A stretch of DNA of 64,000 nt from NCBI GenBank assembly GCA_963668315.1, contig OY764216.1:992001-1056000 (forward strand), read 5' to 3'. Shown in pieces: positions 1-10,117 of the stretch. A program made the position numbers and the translations under genes. Position 1 is the first letter of the stretch. Every line of letters starts with the position of its first letter. A model generated the notes under the pieces. It saw only the letters and a program-made list of their open reading frames with translations, made no database searches and was not told the origin of the DNA. This DNA comes from Spirochaetia bacterium (GTDB lineage Bacteria; Spirochaetota; Spirochaetia; DSM-2461).

Positions 1-144
1 AGAACGGAAAGACATTGCCGGATTTCATCGTTTGTCATCATGAAGTTCTTACCATTTCTAGGGTTCTTTTGCAATTCTCGGGGGGGATAATCCCGGGATG
101 AATCGATTGCATTTCCCTTGAATTACGGTTAAGATGGGCAAAAT

Positions 145-597
145 ATGGCCAGAACTGAAAAAATCCGATCCATTGAAGCTCCTCCCCTTAATCTCAGCTT
201 TATGCCTGAGATGAAAGGGAAACGGGAACAGGAACCGGTTATTCTTCCCTTTGATGAGTTTGAGGCGATTCGTCTGGCCGATCAGCTGAAGCTGGATCAT
301 AAGGAAGCCTCGGAGATCATGGGTATCTCCCGGCCTACCTTTACCCGCCTGCTTGAGAAAGCCCGGGGACATGTGGCAGATTTTCTGGTACAGGGAAGGC
401 CGCTTTCCATCTCGGGCGGAAGCATCCGCTTTTCGGCGGATGTATACTGCTGCCGCCATTGCCGGGCCCCCTTCAAATGGTCGAAGGAAGGGACGCCCGT
501 CTGTCCCCGCTGTCGTCAGAGCGACGCCCTTCATGCCCATGCGGCCTGCGGCGGAAGCTGTGTCTGCTGTGAAAAAGAAGAGGGCGGCCCGGTTTAG
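145..597 (+). CDS. DUF134-family HTH protein with C-terminal Cys-rich (Zn-ribbon-like) domain
   Basis: DEFEAIRLAD..L.H.EASEIMGISRPTFTRLLEKAR is the DUF134 pattern; CRHC, CPRC and CGGSCVCC follow at the C-terminus. Confidence 0.85.
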   Translation: MARTEKIRSIEAPPLNLSFMPEMKGKREQEPVILPFDEFEAIRLADQLKLDHKEASEIMGISRPTFTRLLEKARGHVADFLVQGRPLSISGGSIRFSADVYCCRHCRAPFKWSKEGTPVCPRCRQSDALHAHAACGGSCVCCEKEEGGPV

Positions 598-2297
598 CCT
601 TTCCAGGCCACCCGGTCCTTTCCCCGGCCTTTGGCCATGTAGAGGGCTTCGTCGGCCCTCTTTATCATCTGGTCCAGACTGAGCTTCCGGTCATATTCGG
701 TAAGCCCTATACTGATGGTCTTCCGGGCTCCCGAGAGGCATTCTATGGGTGTTCCCCCCATATTCACGCGAATTCTTTCGGCTACCTGTTTCGCTTCCTC
801 CAGGTTCGTTTCCACGAAGAGGAAAAGGAACTCCTCTCCGCCCCAGCGGCTTATGAAGTCCGTCTCCCGGCAGGTCTCCCTGAAAACCCGGGACGCTTTA
901 AGCAGAACTTCGTCGCCGCAGTCATGGCCGTAGGTGTCGTTAACGCTTTTGAAGTCATCCATATCGGCAATGGCCAGGGCAAAGGTTCGGTCGCTTCGCT
1001 CCATCCGCTTCATCTCTTCATGGAGAAGGTCTGTCATCTTCCTCCGGTTCATGAGACCGGTCAGGGCATCGGTGTGGGCCAGCTTTATGGTTTTGTTGAA
1101 CAGGGAGGCATTTCTCATGACGAGACCGACCAGCTCTCCCAGGTGATAAAAAAAGTTCCGGTCAAAAAGTCCCTTTTCCTCTGTCATGGTGACCGCGATC
1201 GTTATGGCGCCGAGGATCCCGTCGGAGGATTTGATCGGAGAGCTGTAGATCTTGTGAATGCCCTTTGCGCTGTAGGCGTCTGCGATGGCTTTGTTGGGAT
1301 GGGATTTTATATCGATTTCGATAACCCGGTCCTGGCTGACGGCATTTCCCGTTGCTCCTTCCCCCTTTTTGAAGACTCGTGCCTGGTCAAGGGGGAGACC
1401 GAGGTCGTTGTAATCATAGGTCAGACGGATCTCTTCGGTTTCTTCATCAATAAGGAAGATGGCGGCGTTATTGACTCCCAGTGTATTGCGGAGTGTCTTT
1501 TCTATACTTTCGTAAAGTTGGGAGATCTCCAGATACTTTGCCGTGTCACTGAGAAAGCCGAAGAGATATTTGAGCTGATTCCTTTCGGTCTGAATGGTTT
1601 CGTTTTTGTCCTTCAGAGCGTAGTTCAGAAGACTCATGGTAAAGGTTACGCATAGGATAATCACCTGAAGAAAGCTCAGGGAGGTCACCAGGTTTGTATC
1701 GAAAAGTGACCCGACCCGGCCCAGTCCGCTCAAGGTGGATAAAAACCTGAAAAGATGGAACATCCCGGAGAAAAGAAAGATATATAAAATTCCCCTGAGT
1801 CCTGCGGGTTGTACTTTCCAGGACTTTCTGTCTTTTCGGAGCATTCTGCTGCCGTATCCGTAGAGGAGAAACATCAAGGCCGAAAGAATTATTATGCGGA
1901 CGGACGTATTGAAGCGGAAGTAGGTGAAATAGAGAAAAGAAACGGCATGGGTGAGGATAAGAAAAAGAAACAATGCTCTGTTCCATTGCCTCTCTTTGTA
2001 CTTATACCCGACGGCCGTCTCCACCTGAAAGAAAAAGCCGGTGTAGATGACGCTGTTGCTCAGTATGATCGAAAAGGCGGGAGGAAGCTTTCCCTGGAAT
2101 ATCAGAAGAATAAATCCTGCCATGAGGCAGAGGGAGGAAATCCTCCAATAGCGGGCTGTTTTCCTGTCAACGCTGCCCGCCAGAGTGAAAGTGAAAACAG
2201 CATTGATCGTCACAATGATAGCGACAATGATAAGGAGGGTATAATTATCCACAGTATAATTATGGGGGAGAGGAGTGATTTTTTCAAATACTTTCAT
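594..2297 (-). CDS. Membrane-anchored GAF + GGDEF diguanylate cyclase
   Basis: About 7 hydrophobic N-terminal segments, GAF-like middle, DALTGLMNRR, RETD I-site and GGEEF motif. Confidence 0.9.
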   Translation of the reverse strand: MKVFEKITPLPHNYTVDNYTLLIIVAIIVTINAVFTFTLAGSVDRKTARYWRISSLCLMAGFILLIFQGKLPPAFSIILSNSVIYTGFFFQVETAVGYKYKERQWNRALFLFLILTHAVSFLYFTYFRFNTSVRIIILSALMFLLYGYGSRMLRKDRKSWKVQPAGLRGILYIFLFSGMFHLFRFLSTLSGLGRVGSLFDTNLVTSLSFLQVIILCVTFTMSLLNYALKDKNETIQTERNQLKYLFGFLSDTAKYLEISQLYESIEKTLRNTLGVNNAAIFLIDEETEEIRLTYDYNDLGLPLDQARVFKKGEGATGNAVSQDRVIEIDIKSHPNKAIADAYSAKGIHKIYSSPIKSSDGILGAITIAVTMTEEKGLFDRNFFYHLGELVGLVMRNASLFNKTIKLAHTDALTGLMNRRKMTDLLHEEMKRMERSDRTFALAIADMDDFKSVNDTYGHDCGDEVLLKASRVFRETCRETDFISRWGGEEFLFLFVETNLEEAKQVAERIRVNMGGTPIECLSGARKTISIGLTEYDRKLSLDQMIKRADEALYMAKGRGKDRVAWKG

Positions 2298-2499
2298 CCC
2301 GCGGAGAATATTTCTTTTTTTCTTGAATGATGGATAATACAGAAATGTCGGTTTTTATCTTTTATATAAATCGAGCAGAAGAGGGCGGAGCCGGGTGGAG
2401 AGTTTCTCTGGGGAAATTTCATGTACAAAAAAGTAAAAAGTATACCGCAGCCTACGGATATGTAGGGGAATGGGCGGGAGTATAAATTTTATATCATCG

Positions 2500-2579
2500 T
2501 TGACAAATGATTTAAATTAATATATTCATTGAATGAATTAAATGTGTCGGCGAAGTTTCGCATAACGAAAACCAAACTT
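2500..2579 (+). promoter_or_regulatory. Probable promoter and ROK-type operator(s) of the sugar ABC operon
   Basis: TTGACA at 2500-2505; palindrome ATTCATT-G-AATGAAT at 2524-2538; AAGTTTCG-CATAA-CGAAAACCAAACTT at 2553-2579 resembles XylR/NagC-type inverted repeats; a ROK gene is in the same operon. Confidence 0.5.
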
Positions 2580-2600
2580 TCTGATACTTGGAGGTACAAA

Positions 2601-3908
2601 ATGAAAGCTATAGCTAAAGGCTCCGCTCTGTTCTTCAGCGCGGTATTGTTTCTGACCGGTTCGTTCCTTTTTGCGAACGGATCGGATGAGAGTTCCGACG
2701 GTGTCGTTCTGAAAACCTATTTCCAGATGGATCCTGCCGCGGAACAGTACAAAGGTCACGCCGCCGTAATGGAAGCCTTTGAGGCCGCCAGACCGGATGT
2801 TACCTTTGAGCATGAGTATGCCACCGGTGAAGCTTTTCACCAGAAGTTCCAGGCCATGGTTGCTTCCCGGAAGCTTCCCGATCTTTTCACCACCTATATC
2901 GGAAAAAGAACAGCCTACGTTACGGAAACGGGAAACGCCCTTGATCTGCGCGAATACCTGACCGATGATTTCATGTCAAATTTCTCTTCTTCCACATGGG
3001 ACGCTCAGGGTCCTAATGGAGAAATCTATACGATCGCCCCTAATATGGCCGTATGTCACGCCATGTATGTAAATACCGATCTTCTTGCCAAGCTCGGCCT
3101 GGAAATCCCCACTACCTACGAGGAGCTTCTTGCCCAGGTCGAACCTATCCGCGCCGCCGGCTACTATCCCGTCTCCATGGGTAACAAAGACCAGTGGGTT
3201 GTAAACTCCTGGCTGCTGAGCGCCTTCGTAGAGCGTCTCGGAGGAAAAGCCTGGTTCAACAAAGCCATGAGCGGAGACGCTTCCTTTACGGACGAGCCTT
3301 TCGTAAAATCTCTGGCTATCATCAATGAGATGGTTCAGAAGAACGTATTCTCTCCCGGTGTCAACCAGATGTCCAATACCGAGGCCGACCAGGAATTCTA
3401 TCAGCAGAAGTCGGTCTATTTGATCGATGCCGGCTGGAGAACTTCCGGTATGGTCAACGAACTGCCCCAGGAACAGCAGGACGCCATCAAAATGATCGTT
3501 TTCCCCGCCCTTCCCGGAGAAGTCAGCCCCAACTCCAGCGCCGCGGTTCTTTCCGAAGGATTCGGTATAAACGCCAAGCTGAGCGGTACCGCCCAGGGAC
3601 AGGCCGCCTATGACTTCATCGCTTTCAACGCCGGTGAAGAGGGTGCTTCCCTCAGGCTTGAGTATGGTGAGATCCCCACGTACAAGCTCGACTACTCCCA
3701 GTTCGATCTTCCCGGACTTCAGCTTGAATATGCTCAGTTCCAGCAGGATCATCCCATGGGCTACGTTATCGACTCCATGATGGACGGTGAGGGCATGGGT
3801 CTTCTGAATCCCGATATTCAGGCTATGATGTTCGGCAATCTGTCTCCCGAAGACGTGGCTTCCCGCTATGAAGCATGGGTTGCCGAGAACGACTCAAACA
3901 GAATGTAG
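2601..3908 (+). CDS. Carbohydrate ABC transporter substrate-binding protein (CUT1 family)
   Basis: GGAGG RBS before ATG 2601; signal peptide ending LFANGSDE; LPDLF, YVNTDLLAKLGLEIPTTYEEL motifs; followed by two permeases. Confidence 0.9.
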   Translation: MKAIAKGSALFFSAVLFLTGSFLFANGSDESSDGVVLKTYFQMDPAAEQYKGHAAVMEAFEAARPDVTFEHEYATGEAFHQKFQAMVASRKLPDLFTTYIGKRTAYVTETGNALDLREYLTDDFMSNFSSSTWDAQGPNGEIYTIAPNMAVCHAMYVNTDLLAKLGLEIPTTYEELLAQVEPIRAAGYYPVSMGNKDQWVVNSWLLSAFVERLGGKAWFNKAMSGDASFTDEPFVKSLAIINEMVQKNVFSPGVNQMSNTEADQEFYQQKSVYLIDAGWRTSGMVNELPQEQQDAIKMIVFPALPGEVSPNSSAAVLSEGFGINAKLSGTAQGQAAYDFIAFNAGEEGASLRLEYGEIPTYKLDYSQFDLPGLQLEYAQFQQDHPMGYVIDSMMDGEGMGLLNPDIQAMMFGNLSPEDVASRYEAWVAENDSNRM

Positions 3909-3920
3909 GAGGTTAGGATA

Positions 3921-4808
3921 ATGATGGATCAAACCAATAAGAAAGTCAGTTATTACATGTTTTTGCTGCCCGCGCTTCTCTTGTATCTCTCCATCATTAT
4001 CTTTCCTATAGGAATGAGCGGGGTCCTGTCTCTGACCAAATGGAAGAATTACCAGATGGTCGGATTTGTTGGACTGGAAAATTTTATCAAAATATTTACG
4101 GACCCCGCCTTTCATCGGGCTCTCTGGAATAATGTGCAGATCATGCTGATCTCCGTACTGGGGCAGATTCCCCTGGGAATCGTCCTAGCTTACATACTGT
4201 TCAGAAAACTGGTACGGGGCGGCAAGTTCTTCGAAGTCATGATCTTTCTTCCCATAACCATCTCCTCGGTAGTGGTAGCGCTGCTGTGGAACCGTATTTT
4301 CTCTCCTGTCGGGATTTATACCACGTTTATGAAGCAGATTCTCCATAATCCCGACTACGTCATGACGATTTCAGAGAGCCCCCATTTTGCCATGCTGCCC
4401 ATCCTTTTCGTTCTGCTGTGGATGCATACCAGCCTGTACATGGTCATGTTTCTGGCGAATATGCAGCGGGTGCCCAAATCATCCCTGGAAGCGGCGCGCA
4501 TCGACGGGGCTTCGGAATCCCGAATCCTCTGGAGCATTATCATGCCCGCCCTCTCCAACGTTATCTTCACCAGCTCGATCTTCGCGATCTCGGGCAGCCT
4601 GAAGAGTTTCGACCTGGTGTTCGCTATGACCGGTGGCGGACCGGTGGATTACACCAACGTAATGGCTATCTATCTGTATAAGCATACGTTCACCTATAAC
4701 AATTACGGATACGGTTCCGCCGTATCTCTGGTAATCGTCGTCTTGAGTGTGGGCCTGATTTCCCTGGGGCGTTACATTTACAGTCTGTTTCAGAAAAAAT
4801 TCGATTAG
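3921..4808 (+). CDS. Carbohydrate ABC transporter permease (MalF/UgpA-like)
   Basis: Six TM segments; EAARIDGAS EAA loop; FDLVFAMTGGGP. Confidence 0.92.
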   Translation: MMDQTNKKVSYYMFLLPALLLYLSIIIFPIGMSGVLSLTKWKNYQMVGFVGLENFIKIFTDPAFHRALWNNVQIMLISVLGQIPLGIVLAYILFRKLVRGGKFFEVMIFLPITISSVVVALLWNRIFSPVGIYTTFMKQILHNPDYVMTISESPHFAMLPILFVLLWMHTSLYMVMFLANMQRVPKSSLEAARIDGASESRILWSIIMPALSNVIFTSSIFAISGSLKSFDLVFAMTGGGPVDYTNVMAIYLYKHTFTYNNYGYGSAVSLVIVVLSVGLISLGRYIYSLFQKKFD

Positions 4809-4822
4809 GAGGGGAATGAAAA

Positions 4823-5674
4823 ATGGATGATAATTCAAAACTTGACGGAAACATTCCCTTAGGCTGGAAGGTATTCTCCTATATCTTTCTGATCGCCTTT
4901 ACCATGATGACTCTTATGCCCCTCATCTGGATGTTTTATTCGTCCTTCAAGCTGCAGGGCGATATTATGCTCCATCCCCTTGGGCTTCCTTTGAAGCCCA
5001 CCTTCCGGAACTATCTGGAAGCCTGGTCCAGGGGGCATATGGGCATTACCTTTATCAACTCTATCATCTATTCGGGGGTAGCTACAGCCTTGACGATCGT
5101 ACTGGCTCTGACGGCTTCCTTCGCCATGACGAAATTCGGGTATAAAAGCTCAAAGATCTTTTACTCTCTCTTTTCCCTGGGACTCCTTATCACGGTGCAT
5201 TCCATTATCGCCCCCCTTTTTATGATGGAGACGAGAATCGGACTGTACAACACCCGCGTGGGGGTCATTATCCCCTATATCACTTTCGGCCTTCCCATGG
5301 CCATTCTCCTGGGATGTTCTTATATAAAGGGGATACCCGATTCCCTTATCGAAGCAGGAGTTATTGATGGCGCCAGTTATCAGCAGATTTTCTGGCATAT
5401 CATCTTTTTTCTGGCCACCCCTGTGATGGCAACAATCGGAATTCTCTCGTTTCTGAACAACTGGAATGAATTCCTTCTGGTTTTCATTCTGACTTCAGGA
5501 GACAACATGAGAAGTCTCCCCGTTTCAATCAACTCCTTCGCCGGACGATTGAATCAGGATTACGGGATGCAGTTCGCCGCGCTGACGCTGGGGACGCTGC
5601 CCATGATCGCCTTCTATTTGGGCGCACACAAAATGGTTATAAAAGGGTTTGGCGAAGGCGCCCTTAAGGAGTAG
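4823..5674 (+). CDS. Carbohydrate ABC transporter permease (MalG/UgpE-like)
   Basis: IPDSLIEAGVIDGAS EAA loop; WNEF; ends GALKE. Confidence 0.92.
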   Translation: MDDNSKLDGNIPLGWKVFSYIFLIAFTMMTLMPLIWMFYSSFKLQGDIMLHPLGLPLKPTFRNYLEAWSRGHMGITFINSIIYSGVATALTIVLALTASFAMTKFGYKSSKIFYSLFSLGLLITVHSIIAPLFMMETRIGLYNTRVGVIIPYITFGLPMAILLGCSYIKGIPDSLIEAGVIDGASYQQIFWHIIFFLATPVMATIGILSFLNNWNEFLLVFILTSGDNMRSLPVSINSFAGRLNQDYGMQFAALTLGTLPMIAFYLGAHKMVIKGFGEGALKE

Positions 5675-5677
5675 TTC

Positions 5678-6427
5678 ATGAAGTATAAACTGGAAGTATG
5701 TTTGGATTCGGCCGAATCGGCCATCGTCGCCGACAAAGCCGGCGCGGACAGGGTGGAACTCTGTGAGAACTTATTCGGCGGCGGGACCACACCCAGTGCG
5801 GGAACCATCAAAATCGCCCGGGAAAACGTCTCTCTGGGACTTCATGTCATTATTCGGCCCCGAAGCGGGGATTTTTGCTATTCGGACAATGAATTCGCCG
5901 TTATGAAAGAGGATATCCGCTACTGCCGGGAACTGGGCGTTGACGGTGTGGTCATCGGAATTCTGACTTCCGACGGTAAAGTGGACAAGGCCCGCTGCGC
6001 CGAACTGATCGCCGAAGCCGGTTCCATGAGCGTGACCTTTCACCGGGCCTTCGATGTGGCCGCCGATCCCTTCCAGGCCCTTGAAGATATTATTGATCTG
6101 GGATGCGACCGGATCCTCACCTCAGGCCAGGAGGCTTCCGTTCTCGAAGGAGCCGATCTTATCCGGGAGTTGATAGCAAAGGCGGGCGACCGGATTATCA
6201 TTATGCCCGGCGGGGATATCACAGAGAGAAAACTTGGCCGGGTGGTCGCCAAAACGGGAGCCAGCGAATATCATATCTATCTGGATGCCGAGAAGAAAAG
6301 CACCATGGACTACTGCCCCGACCACGTCTATATGGGCGGTCTCTTGAGGAAACCGGAATTCATGAACAGTTTTACCAGTTCCGACAGGGTTTCCCAGGTG
6401 CTGACTTCCTTGAATAAATTATCCTAG
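5678..6427 (+). CDS. cutC: CutC-family TIM-barrel protein
   Basis: LEVC, GADRVELC, GGTTPS, IRPRSGDFCYS, TFHRAFD, RILTSG motifs. Confidence 0.92.
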   Translation: MKYKLEVCLDSAESAIVADKAGADRVELCENLFGGGTTPSAGTIKIARENVSLGLHVIIRPRSGDFCYSDNEFAVMKEDIRYCRELGVDGVVIGILTSDGKVDKARCAELIAEAGSMSVTFHRAFDVAADPFQALEDIIDLGCDRILTSGQEASVLEGADLIRELIAKAGDRIIIMPGGDITERKLGRVVAKTGASEYHIYLDAEKKSTMDYCPDHVYMGGLLRKPEFMNSFTSSDRVSQVLTSLNKLS

Positions 6428-6457
6428 ATAATTTATTATTCTCAGGGTGAACAGAAG

Positions 6458-7651
6458 GTGGGAAGCAGTATGAGAGCAGTCGGTAATAATCAGTTTCAGA
6501 AAGCGGCTAATATGCTGCTCGTATTGAATTATCTTCGGGAGAACAAATCCTGTTCCCGCCAGAAGATTGCCGAGGAACTGGGGCTGCAGCCCTCATCTGT
6601 GAGTTATATCGTCGGCCGGCTCATTAAAGAGGGGCTTGTCGAGGAGTACTCCGACCGCAACCGTGAGACGAAGAGCCTGGGGCGCCGTCCCATCATGATA
6701 CGCATTCTGGGCGATTACGGGTATGTTATCGGGCTGGATCTTCAGGTCGATTACTACTGCGTTGCCGTGTATGACATCGCCGGGACGCCGGTCCTTATGA
6801 AAAAGGTTGAATCACCCCTGGACGAGGGAGACTTCTTTAAGCGTTTCACCCATGCTGTTGAAGAAATCCGCAGGGAACTTAAAAGTGATATTCCCATACT
6901 CGGGCTGGGCCTGGCTATTCCCGGGATCGTTGACAGCGGGGAGAGCCATGTCGTGTCCAGTTGGACCCATAAACTGGCCGACGTCTCTCTGAAAGGTTTC
7001 CTGGGAGACAGCTTTCCCTTTCCCGTCGTTATAGACAATGATGCCAATTGCTGCGCTCTGAATATCCTTTGGAATAATCCTAAACGGGATCCGGATTCCT
7101 TTATCTATCTTCTCCCCCGCTTTCACAGGCGGGAGCTGCTTCCCGATAATCTTCCTTCCGTCGGAATCGGTATGGGACTTGTCATAAACGGTAAGTTGTT
7201 CAGCGGATATACCCATGAGGCTGGCGAATATCAGAGTATTCTTTTTTCACGGGAAAGAAGGATGAAATGGCAGCTGAGTCTGCCTGAAGAAGATATGGAC
7301 AGGGCCTCTTATGATAAGGATATCCAGAGGGAAATCATCACGGAACTTATGGAAAACATGTTCCTTATCCTCCAGGTCCTGAATCCCCGGTCTCTCATCA
7401 TCGGGGGGGATTTCTCCGGCACCGGGGACCTGATCATCCGTGTCGTCAGCGAAGTTTTTCCTGAGAAATGGGGTCTATTGAAAAAGAAAAAACTCTCCCT
7501 TGAAGTTCGGGATGAAGGAGTTTTCGATTCGGCTAAGGGAGCCGCCGCCTGCATACTGGAGAAGATTTATGCCATTCCTCAGGTGGGGCAGGTTTCGGTC
7601 GGTTCATTTCGTAATAATCTGCTTGAAAAGCTTATGGAAGAGAATGACTAA
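6458..7651 (+). CDS. ROK-family transcriptional regulator (start may be ATG 6470)
   Basis: N-terminal HTH (SRQKIAEELGL..SSVSYIVGRL), GRRP, IDNDANC, GIGMGLVINGKL..G....AGE. Confidence 0.88.
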   Translation: MGSSMRAVGNNQFQKAANMLLVLNYLRENKSCSRQKIAEELGLQPSSVSYIVGRLIKEGLVEEYSDRNRETKSLGRRPIMIRILGDYGYVIGLDLQVDYYCVAVYDIAGTPVLMKKVESPLDEGDFFKRFTHAVEEIRRELKSDIPILGLGLAIPGIVDSGESHVVSSWTHKLADVSLKGFLGDSFPFPVVIDNDANCCALNILWNNPKRDPDSFIYLLPRFHRRELLPDNLPSVGIGMGLVINGKLFSGYTHEAGEYQSILFSRERRMKWQLSLPEEDMDRASYDKDIQREIITELMENMFLILQVLNPRSLIIGGDFSGTGDLIIRVVSEVFPEKWGLLKKKKLSLEVRDEGVFDSAKGAAACILEKIYAIPQVGQVSVGSFRNNLLEKLMEEND

Positions 7652-9156
7652 TGAATGAGAAGAGTGTAACTAAAAGAGTTGTAACGGCCGGTATGCACCA
7701 CGAGTCCAATACATTTAATCCTATCGTGACAGGTCGGGAGGATTTTACTATTTATTACGGCGATGAGCTGTTTGATGTTCTTAACGACAGTGACAGCGTC
7801 AGCGGTGTCGTGAAGACGCTTAAGGAACAGGGATACGAGGTCGTTCCCACGGTTTTCGCCCGCGCCGTTCCCAACGGCGTCATCTCGAAAGACCTTTATC
7901 TGGAACTCAAACAGGAGATTCTCAAGCGGGCGAAAGAAGCTCTGGCGGCCGGCCCGGTCGATGCCCTGTGTCTCTCCCTGCACGGCTCCATGAGAATCGA
8001 GGAGATCGGAGAAGCGGAAGGGGATCTGCTGGAAGCCTTGAGGGAGATTTTCCCCACCCAGCCTCTCTTCTCCGCCCTCGATATGCATACCACCTACACG
8101 GAGCGGATGCATCGGTATTCCGACGGCTATGTCGGATATAAATGCGCTCCCCATACGGACTGCTTCGAGACGGGACGCCATGCCGCGGAACTGACGATAA
8201 AGACCCTGGAGGAAGGGGCGAAACCCGTTTCCGCCTGGGTGAGGATTCCCTTTCTCGTAGCGGGGGAGCAGTCCGAAACGACGACGGAACCCATGAAAAC
8301 ACTGATCTCCGCCCTTCGGGAGTGCGAGAAAAAAGAAGGCATCATGGCCGCCAACTACCTGATGGGTTTTCCCTGGGCCGATAACAGCGACAGCAGCGCC
8401 GCCGTTCTCATTGTGGCCGATTCGGATAAAGACCTGGCCGCCTCGGAAGCCCTTCGTCTGGCCGATCTCTTCTGGTCCTACCGGGAAAAATTTACTTTCC
8501 ATACCGAGACGTACACTCTGGATAAAGTTCTCGATGTTGTCTTTGACGCCGTGGAACAGGGGCCTACTCCGGTCTACCTTTCCGATTCGGGGGATAACCC
8601 CACCGCCGGTTCTTCGGCGGACTGCACCGGACTGCTGGCGCAGATCCTGGATGATTCCCGGACGGCCGGTCTGGCCCATCCCGTTATCTACGGCGGTATC
8701 TTTGATCCCAAAGCCGTGGCGGCCTGCAAGGGAAAAACCGGCGAGACGATAGAGCTTACCTTCGGGGCCTCCTTTGATACCGTAACCAGTTCCCCCCTGA
8801 CCGTGACGGGAAAGGTGAAGGAAATTGTGGAGCAGTGGAGCGCCTATAAGAGCGATCTGGTCCTTTTCTCTACGGGAAATGTCGATATTGTTCTGACGTC
8901 CAAACACATCGGATTTATCGATCCCAAGATGTTCAGAGACCTGGGCGCTGAACCGTCCGAGGCGGAGATTGTCGTCTGTAAGCTGGGCTATCTTACGGCC
9001 CCCCAGAGAACCGTGGCCAAGCGGTCCATCATGGCCCTGAGCAAGGGAAGCACGAATGAAGATCTTCCCACATTGCCCTATTCTCTCATCCCCCGGCCGA
9101 TTTTTCCCCTGGACAGGGATATGGAGTTTGATTCTAAGGCAAATCTTGTCCTATAG
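7651..9156 (+). CDS. M81-family (MlrC-like) metallopeptidase/amidohydrolase
   Basis: HESNTF, LSLHGSM, LDMH, PHTD, SDSGDNPTAG, VVCKLGY motifs. Confidence 0.9.
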   Translation: MNEKSVTKRVVTAGMHHESNTFNPIVTGREDFTIYYGDELFDVLNDSDSVSGVVKTLKEQGYEVVPTVFARAVPNGVISKDLYLELKQEILKRAKEALAAGPVDALCLSLHGSMRIEEIGEAEGDLLEALREIFPTQPLFSALDMHTTYTERMHRYSDGYVGYKCAPHTDCFETGRHAAELTIKTLEEGAKPVSAWVRIPFLVAGEQSETTTEPMKTLISALRECEKKEGIMAANYLMGFPWADNSDSSAAVLIVADSDKDLAASEALRLADLFWSYREKFTFHTETYTLDKVLDVVFDAVEQGPTPVYLSDSGDNPTAGSSADCTGLLAQILDDSRTAGLAHPVIYGGIFDPKAVAACKGKTGETIELTFGASFDTVTSSPLTVTGKVKEIVEQWSAYKSDLVLFSTGNVDIVLTSKHIGFIDPKMFRDLGAEPSEAEIVVCKLGYLTAPQRTVAKRSIMALSKGSTNEDLPTLPYSLIPRPIFPLDRDMEFDSKANLVL

Positions 9157-9341
9157 GTGATCCTCTGAGCATGACGCTGCCATTGCGGACCGGGAATCGG
9201 GAGGATGTCCCGGCCGCGGCGTCCGTCTATACCGATTAGGAGCCTATTTCAAAGCTCTCAATGCCGGGGAAATTACAAAGTACCATTGAATATCATGAAG
9301 GGGAACGGTTATTCTGAATCTTGATAAGTGAGGTGAATAAA

Positions 9342-10109
9342 ATGGGATATCCGAAAGAGATGCTAACCACGAGAAGCGTGGTAAAAAGAGGACTCTACGC
9401 CGTCATTCCCCCGGAAGGCCTTGTAAAAAATGTCGTACCCGGACTGGAAGGGTGCGATGTCAGCATCATCGCGTCCCCCAAGCTGGGAGCCGGATTCGCC
9501 CAGTACATTTTAACTGTTTCCGATAAGCTGACTCATGATGCGAAAATCGCCGGTAAGGCCGGTGTGGAACTCTTCATGTACTGCATGCAGGGCAAGGGTT
9601 CCTGGTTCGTTGGCGGTGAAGAGAAGGAGATGACCGGCGGGGGATATATCTACGTGCCCTGCGGCAAGGACCTCTCCTTTAATGTCGACGGCAAAGAGAA
9701 GGCCGAACTCCTTCTCTATAAGCAGAAGTTCCTCTCCCTGGAAGGTCAGGACCTTCCTCCCGTAGTAACAGGTAATGTGAATGATATGGAATACGCCGTC
9801 TATGATGGCATGGAGAATGTCCACATCAAAGACCTTCTCCCCAAGGATCTGCGCTTTGACATGAACATGCACATCCTGAGCTTTATGCCCGGCGGATGCC
9901 ATCCCTTTGTGGAGACCCATGTTCAGGAACACGGCGCCTATATTCTGGAAGGAGAGGGCCTGTATCTTCTGGATAATGAATGGATGCCGATCAAGAAGAA
10001 CGACTTTGTCTGGTTCGGTCCCTATGTGACCCAGGGGGCCTACGGGGTAGGCCGGGACAGATTTACCTATATCTACTCGAAAGACTGCAACAGAGACGTT
10101 GAACTGTAG
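9342..10109 (+). CDS. allE: (S)-ureidoglycine aminohydrolase (bicupin)
   Basis: GAGGTG RBS before ATG 9342; FDMNMHILSF.PG..HPFVETHVQEHGAY; YIYSKDCNRD. Confidence 0.92.
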   Translation: MGYPKEMLTTRSVVKRGLYAVIPPEGLVKNVVPGLEGCDVSIIASPKLGAGFAQYILTVSDKLTHDAKIAGKAGVELFMYCMQGKGSWFVGGEEKEMTGGGYIYVPCGKDLSFNVDGKEKAELLLYKQKFLSLEGQDLPPVVTGNVNDMEYAVYDGMENVHIKDLLPKDLRFDMNMHILSFMPGGCHPFVETHVQEHGAYILEGEGLYLLDNEWMPIKKNDFVWFGPYVTQGAYGVGRDRFTYIYSKDCNRDVEL

Positions 10110-10117
10110 GAGAGAAC

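Noticed and set aside
1..41. Start of a minus-strand gene (MMTNDEIRQCLSV...) running off the window edge
   Set aside because: Only 13 codons are visible, too little to support a call.
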